This document shows positions 53,642 to 58,047 of a DNA stretch of 58,047 bases, one piece after another (position 1 is the first letter of the stretch; the number at the start of each line of letters is the position of its first letter). Where the stretch lies: NCBI GenBank assembly GCA_945889715.1, contig CAMDCI010000001.1, positions 1-58,047 on the forward strand. Reading direction: 5' to 3'. Source of the stretch: Bifidobacterium breve (GTDB lineage: Bacteria; Actinomycetota; Acidimicrobiia; Acidimicrobiales; Ilumatobacteraceae). Under the pieces are notes generated by a model that was not told the origin of the DNA, searched no databases, and saw only the letters and a list, made by a program, of their open reading frames with translations. The position numbers and the translations under genes were made by a program.

Positions 53642-56473
53642 ATGTCTGATCGGCTCATCGTCCGCGGCGCACGCCAGCACAATCTTAAGAACATCAATAT
53701 CGATATTCCCCGCGACAAGATGGTCGTTTTTACCGGTCTTTCTGGTTCTGGTAAATCATCTTTAGCTTTCGACACTATTTACGCTGAAGGACAACGTCGT
53801 TATGTTGAATCCTTGAGTGCTTATGCACGTCAATTCTTGGGTCAAAAAGATCCGCCTGATGTCGATTTCATCGAGGGTCTATCACCCGCTATTTCGATTG
53901 ATCAAAAATCGGCTAGCAGTAATCCAAGATCAACTGTTGGGACCATGACTGAGGTCTATGACTATCTGCGATTGCTGTACGCGCGGATTGGTATTCAACA
54001 CTGCCCAAATGACGGAACAAGATTGTCGTTGCAGACTCCGGCAGAAATAGTTGACCGGGTGTTGACCCTCGAAGAGGGAACCCGTTTTATGGTTTTGGCT
54101 CCAGTAGTCAAAGGTCGAAAAGGGGAGTACGAAGCGTTGCTCAATGATTTCGCTGGGCAAGGTTTTGTGCGTGCTCGTATCGATGGCGAGATAGTAGACA
54201 TTACGGAGTTTTTAAAAACCGATCAAAAACTTGGTCGCTACGATCAGCACACCATTGAAATCGTCATCGATCGGTTGGTGGCTAAGGGCGATAATCGCCG
54301 CCGACTTACCGACAGTATGGAAACGGCGCTCAAGTTTGGGGAAGGCGTCGCTCAGATTCTGGTGACTGAATCCGATGACATCTTGACTTTCAGTCAGTTT
54401 TTGGCCTGTCCGAAATGTGGTGATTCATTTGAAAAGCCCGAACCCAAGAACTTCTCTTTCAACTCGCCATATGGTGCGTGTGTCACGTGTGATGGTTTGG
54501 GAACTACTTTTGAGGTTGATGCGGAATTAGTTATTCCGGATGGAGACCTTGCTTTAAGTGCCGGCGCGATTGCTCCTTGGAAAAGTGCGACCACTAGTTT
54601 TTTCCTGCGAATTCTTGAATCGGTTGCCGAAGACCACAAGATTGATCTCAAAAAACCGTGGGACAAACTCCCCGCTAAGTCTCAAAAGATTGTTCTTCAT
54701 GGCATCCCTGGAAATATCGTTGTCAAATTCAAGAATCGTTATGGAAAAGCGCGCCAATTCAACACAACTTTTGAGGGCGTCATTCCGTGGATCAAACGTC
54801 GACATGAACAGGCCGAAAGCGACTGGAGTCGCGAGCAATACGAGGGATATATGCGACTCGTTCCATGTCTGGCTTGTGAAGGAGCGCGTCTTAAACCAGC
54901 GACATTGGCTATCACAATCAACGGCAAGCACATTTCTGAAGTCTGTGAGATGTCTATTGGAGATTCGGCCAAGTTCTTAGGTGAACTCACCTTGTCAGAG
55001 AGAGATCGAACCATCGCCGAAAGAGTTGTGAAAGAGATCAACGCTCGTTTGGGATTTCTACTTGACGTAGGTCTTGATTATTTGAGTCTCGCCCGCACGG
55101 CAGGAACCCTGGCCGGAGGCGAAGCCCAACGTATTCGTCTTGCTAGTCAAATTGGTTCGGGTCTCGTTGGAACGTTGTATGTGCTCGATGAACCGTCAAT
55201 CGGTCTTCATCAACGTGACAATCGCCGGCTTATCGAAACTTTGTTACGTTTGCGTGATCTCGGCAACTCGGTTCTGGTGGTCGAACACGATGAAGAGACA
55301 ATTCGCGAAAGTGACTGGATCGTTGATATTGGACCAGGCGCTGGTGAACACGGCGGTGAAGTCGTGTACAGCGGACCAGTCAAAGGAATCCTCAAGGTTA
55401 AAGAATCGGTGACGGGCCAGTATTTGTCTGGTAAGCGTTCAATTCCAGTTCCCGAAATACGTCGCAAACCCAATGCTCAATGGCTCGAGGTTGTTGGAGC
55501 CAAAGAACACAACTTGCAAGATGTCACGGTGAGAATTCCTTTGGGCTGCTTTGTGGCAGTCACAGGCGTTTCGGGCAGCGGAAAGAGCACGTTAATTCGC
55601 GACATTTTGTTGCCGGTCTTAATGCAGAAAATTTACAAGTCAAAAGATGCTCCAGGTAAACACAAGAAAATCAACGGTATTGAACACCTCGACAAAGTGA
55701 TTGACATGGATCAATCGCCCATTGGTCGCACGCCGCGGTCTAACCCTGCGACGTATACCGGGGTTTTTGACAACATCCGAAAGCTCTTCGCGACCACAGC
55801 CGAGGCCAAGGTGCGCGGGTACATGCCAGGTCGATTCTCATTCAATGTTCAAGGCGGACGTTGCGAAGCCTGCTCTGGTGACGGAACGATCAAAATTGAA
55901 ATGCATTTTTTACCAGACGTGTATGTGAAGTGCGAGGTCTGCAAAGGGGCGCGTTATAACCGCGATACTCTCGATGTCACCTTCAAGGGCAAAACGATTG
56001 CCGACGTTTTGAATATGCCGGTCGCAGAGGCGGTTGACTTCTTCTCTAATCAACCAGTTATTGCGCGACATATGCAGACGCTGCTTGATGTGGGACTGGG
56101 ATATGTTCGACTTGGTCAGTCGGCACCAACATTGTCGGGCGGCGAGGCCCAACGAGTCAAACTTGCTTCCGAACTGGCAAAGCGCAGCACGGGACACACG
56201 ATCTATCTCTTAGATGAACCGACAACAGGTTTGCACTTTGAGGACGTACGTCGTCTACTCACCGTGCTGTCTCGACTTGTGGATCAAGGCAACACAGTTT
56301 TAGTGATTGAACACAGCCTCGACGTCATCAAAACCGCCGACTGGCTCATCGATTTAGGCCCAGAGGGCGGTAGCGGCGGAGGTCTTGTCGTTGCTGAAGG
56401 ACCGCCCGAAGTCGTCGCGAAAACAAAAGGCAGTTATACGGGTCATTATCTCAAACCAATGTTGGGTCTTTGA
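53642..56473 (+). CDS. uvrA: Excinuclease ABC subunit A
   Basis: 943-aa ORF with ARQHNLKNI, two ABC modules (GLSGSGKSS; GVSGSGKST; LSGGEAQR twice), and zinc-finger cysteines (CPKCG...CVTCDG; CEACSGDG...CEVCKG). Confidence 0.95.
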   Translation: MSDRLIVRGARQHNLKNINIDIPRDKMVVFTGLSGSGKSSLAFDTIYAEGQRRYVESLSAYARQFLGQKDPPDVDFIEGLSPAISIDQKSASSNPRSTVGTMTEVYDYLRLLYARIGIQHCPNDGTRLSLQTPAEIVDRVLTLEEGTRFMVLAPVVKGRKGEYEALLNDFAGQGFVRARIDGEIVDITEFLKTDQKLGRYDQHTIEIVIDRLVAKGDNRRRLTDSMETALKFGEGVAQILVTESDDILTFSQFLACPKCGDSFEKPEPKNFSFNSPYGACVTCDGLGTTFEVDAELVIPDGDLALSAGAIAPWKSATTSFFLRILESVAEDHKIDLKKPWDKLPAKSQKIVLHGIPGNIVVKFKNRYGKARQFNTTFEGVIPWIKRRHEQAESDWSREQYEGYMRLVPCLACEGARLKPATLAITINGKHISEVCEMSIGDSAKFLGELTLSERDRTIAERVVKEINARLGFLLDVGLDYLSLARTAGTLAGGEAQRIRLASQIGSGLVGTLYVLDEPSIGLHQRDNRRLIETLLRLRDLGNSVLVVEHDEETIRESDWIVDIGPGAGEHGGEVVYSGPVKGILKVKESVTGQYLSGKRSIPVPEIRRKPNAQWLEVVGAKEHNLQDVTVRIPLGCFVAVTGVSGSGKSTLIRDILLPVLMQKIYKSKDAPGKHKKINGIEHLDKVIDMDQSPIGRTPRSNPATYTGVFDNIRKLFATTAEAKVRGYMPGRFSFNVQGGRCEACSGDGTIKIEMHFLPDVYVKCEVCKGARYNRDTLDVTFKGKTIADVLNMPVAEAVDFFSNQPVIARHMQTLLDVGLGYVRLGQSAPTLSGGEAQRVKLASELAKRSTGHTIYLLDEPTTGLHFEDVRRLLTVLSRLVDQGNTVLVIEHSLDVIKTADWLIDLGPEGGSGGGLVVAEGPPEVVAKTKGSYTGHYLKPMLGL

Positions 56474-56497
56474 TCGAGTTTCTCAACTCTGACGACC

Positions 56498-58047
56498 ATG
56501 GTTACACGCCCGCCCACAGGATCAATTCCCGACCAACCTGGTTCGTATCAGTTCAAAGACGTTCATGGTCGGGTGATCTATGTCGGGAAAGCATCAAATC
56601 TGCGTCAGCGTTTGTCTAACTATTTCCAAGATCCAGCACAGTTACACCCTCGAACTGCGCAAATGGTGGCAACTGCTGAGTCCGTTGAGTGGGTAACTGT
56701 TCGCAACGAAGTTGAAGCGCTCATTCTTGAATTCAGTTTGATCAAGGAGCATCATCCACGGTTTAACGTCCGATTACGTGACGATAAGAGTTACCCGTTT
56801 TTGGCTGTAACAACAGACGAGGAGTGGCCTCGTGCCGTGGTCATGAGAGGGCGCACTCGTAAAGGCACTCGATACTTTGGTCCGTTTCCACATGCGTACG
56901 CAATTCGCGACACATTAGATTTGCTCCTTCGAACGTTCCCGATACGAACATGTAGTCCAGGGAAATTCAATCAACACAACAAATTAGGACGCCCCTGTTT
57001 GTTGTTTCACATTGAGAAATGCAGTGGGCCCTGTGTCGGAGAAGTTTCAACTGAGGCTTATTCGGAATTGGTGAAAGAGTTTTGTGACTTTCTTGATGGC
57101 GATACTGATGAGGTTGTCGCAAAACTCCAAGAAGACATGGCCAGGGCGTCGGCGGCTCTTGAATATGAAAAAGCCGCCCGGCTTCGTGATCGTTTGCAAT
57201 CGGTCACGAAAGCGCTTGAGAAGCAGCAGATCGTCGGGGAAAAGAATGAAGATATCGACCTGATTGGTATCGCTCAAGACGAGCTAGAGGCAGCTATTCA
57301 AATTTTCTACGTCCGCAAAGGCAGGGTTGTCGGACGTAAAGGGTTCATCCTTGACAAAGTGGAGGACCTTTCTCAATCAGGCCTCATCGATCGCATCATT
57401 GAGGCCTTATACGGAGATGAGCCGGTACTTGGTGTTCCGAAAATGCTTTTGGTGCCGGACTTGCCGTTAGCGATGGCGACGTACGAAGAATGGTTGAGCT
57501 TTCAACGTGGCTCGAAGGTAGAGATTCGCATTCCGCAACGTGGAGATAAACGTGAGCTTCATGAATTAGTCACTCGTAATGCAACTGAAGAATTTCACCG
57601 TCATCGTATGAAGCGATCAAGTGACCACAATGCGCGCAGCAAGGCTTTGACAGAACTACAAGATCTCTTAGGTTTGCCCGAGGCGCCATTACGTATTGAG
57701 TGTTACGACATGGCACACCTTCAAGGCACCGATTATGTCGGTTCAATGGTTGTGCTCGAAGATGGATTGCCGGCAAAGCGGGAGTACCGCCGTTTTAAGG
57801 TCAAAGAGGTTCCTGGTAACGATGATTATGCGGCCATGGAAGAAGTTTTAACGAGGCGGTTCACTGCCTACATTGAAGAGCGGGAGCATCCGATTGAAAC
57901 CGATGAATTGACTCAACAGCAAAAGCCTCGGTTGAAAAAGTTTGTTTACCCACCTCAACTTCTTCTTGTTGACGGAGGCAAAGGCCAACTCGCAGTCGCT
58001 GAACGTGTTCTACGTAATCTCGGACTTGAACACGAGATCCCTGTTGC
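56498..58047 (+). CDS. uvrC: Excinuclease ABC subunit C (3' end outside the window)
   Basis: This is an open frame from ATG 56498 to the window end. It is not in the ORF track because no stop is reached. Translation gives PGSYQFKDVHGRVIYVGKASNLRQRLSNYF (GIY-YIG domain) and a UVR domain (YEKAARLRDRL). Confidence 0.9.
   Translation, partial: MVTRPPTGSIPDQPGSYQFKDVHGRVIYVGKASNLRQRLSNYFQDPAQLHPRTAQMVATAESVEWVTVRNEVEALILEFSLIKEHHPRFNVRLRDDKSYPFLAVTTDEEWPRAVVMRGRTRKGTRYFGPFPHAYAIRDTLDLLLRTFPIRTCSPGKFNQHNKLGRPCLLFHIEKCSGPCVGEVSTEAYSELVKEFCDFLDGDTDEVVAKLQEDMARASAALEYEKAARLRDRLQSVTKALEKQQIVGEKNEDIDLIGIAQDELEAAIQIFYVRKGRVVGRKGFILDKVEDLSQSGLIDRIIEALYGDEPVLGVPKMLLVPDLPLAMATYEEWLSFQRGSKVEIRIPQRGDKRELHELVTRNATEEFHRHRMKRSSDHNARSKALTELQDLLGLPEAPLRIECYDMAHLQGTDYVGSMVVLEDGLPAKREYRRFKVKEVPGNDDYAAMEEVLTRRFTAYIEEREHPIETDELTQQQKPRLKKFVYPPQLLLVDGGKGQLAVAERVLRNLGLEHEIPV

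Noticed and set aside
1-58047. Search for mobile elements, prophage, defence systems, rRNA genes and CRISPR
   Set aside because: No transposase, integrase, recombinase, restriction, toxin-antitoxin or cas-like translations appear in any listed ORF. I saw no long inverted terminal repeats, no rRNA-like sequence, and no compositional break.

Overview
The window is a gene-dense chromosomal segment of about 50% GC. About 59 protein genes, one tRNA and short intergenic regions cover it. I saw no transposase, integrase, phage gene or CRISPR array. The gene content points to an actinobacterial-type genome. It has several luciferase-like (F420-type) oxidoreductases, a menaquinone pathway, an MtrA/MtrB-like two-component pair with a GerMN lipoprotein, a PdtaR-like REC-ANTAR regulator, and polA-rpsA-coaE-uvrB synteny. 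The moderate GC and a stand-alone trpF suggest a lineage outside Streptomyces and Mycobacterium, possibly Acidimicrobiia-like, but that is only a guess. In order, the window contains these blocks. (1) 1-6952: a redox/hydrolase cluster with VOC, NTF2-like, amidohydrolase, tandem hotdog, isochorismatase-like, two LLM genes and an MDR reductase. (2) phoH-ybeY-corC. (3) An SDR gene plus the menaquinone genes menE, menA, menH, a dsbA-like gene, menD, menF and ubiE. (4) Acyl-CoA dehydrogenase, acyl-CoA synthetase, LLM and MaoC genes. (5) era, the GerMN lipoprotein with its histidine kinase, and a divergent OmpR-type regulator. (6) dinG, uppS, a divergent degenerate uppS-like gene coupled to recO, and glyQS. 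(7) An ABM gene followed by trpC, trpF, trpB and trpA. (8) A fasciclin lipoprotein and a small Cys-rich protein. (9) A type II FAS cluster: fabZ facing fabF-acpP-fabG-fabH-fabD. (10) One tRNA, the ANTAR regulator, polA, a methyltransferase and rpsA. (11) A LuxR regulator with a GAF histidine kinase. (12) coaE-uvrB-uvrA-uvrC. The most interesting observation is an apparent split cis-prenyltransferase. The catalytic UppS has lost the C-terminal RXG region. A truncated paralogue with no active-site residues keeps that region and is encoded divergently. The two are separated by an intergenic region holding a 4 x 21-bp tandem repeat. Other notable items are a FabD fused to a lysine-less biotinyl-like domain, a 73-nt class-I-shaped tRNA with a CAA (Leu) anticodon, and a C-rich structured RNA with a terminator between the divergent two-component genes. 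All functional calls come from motif recognition by eye on the supplied translations. No database search was run.
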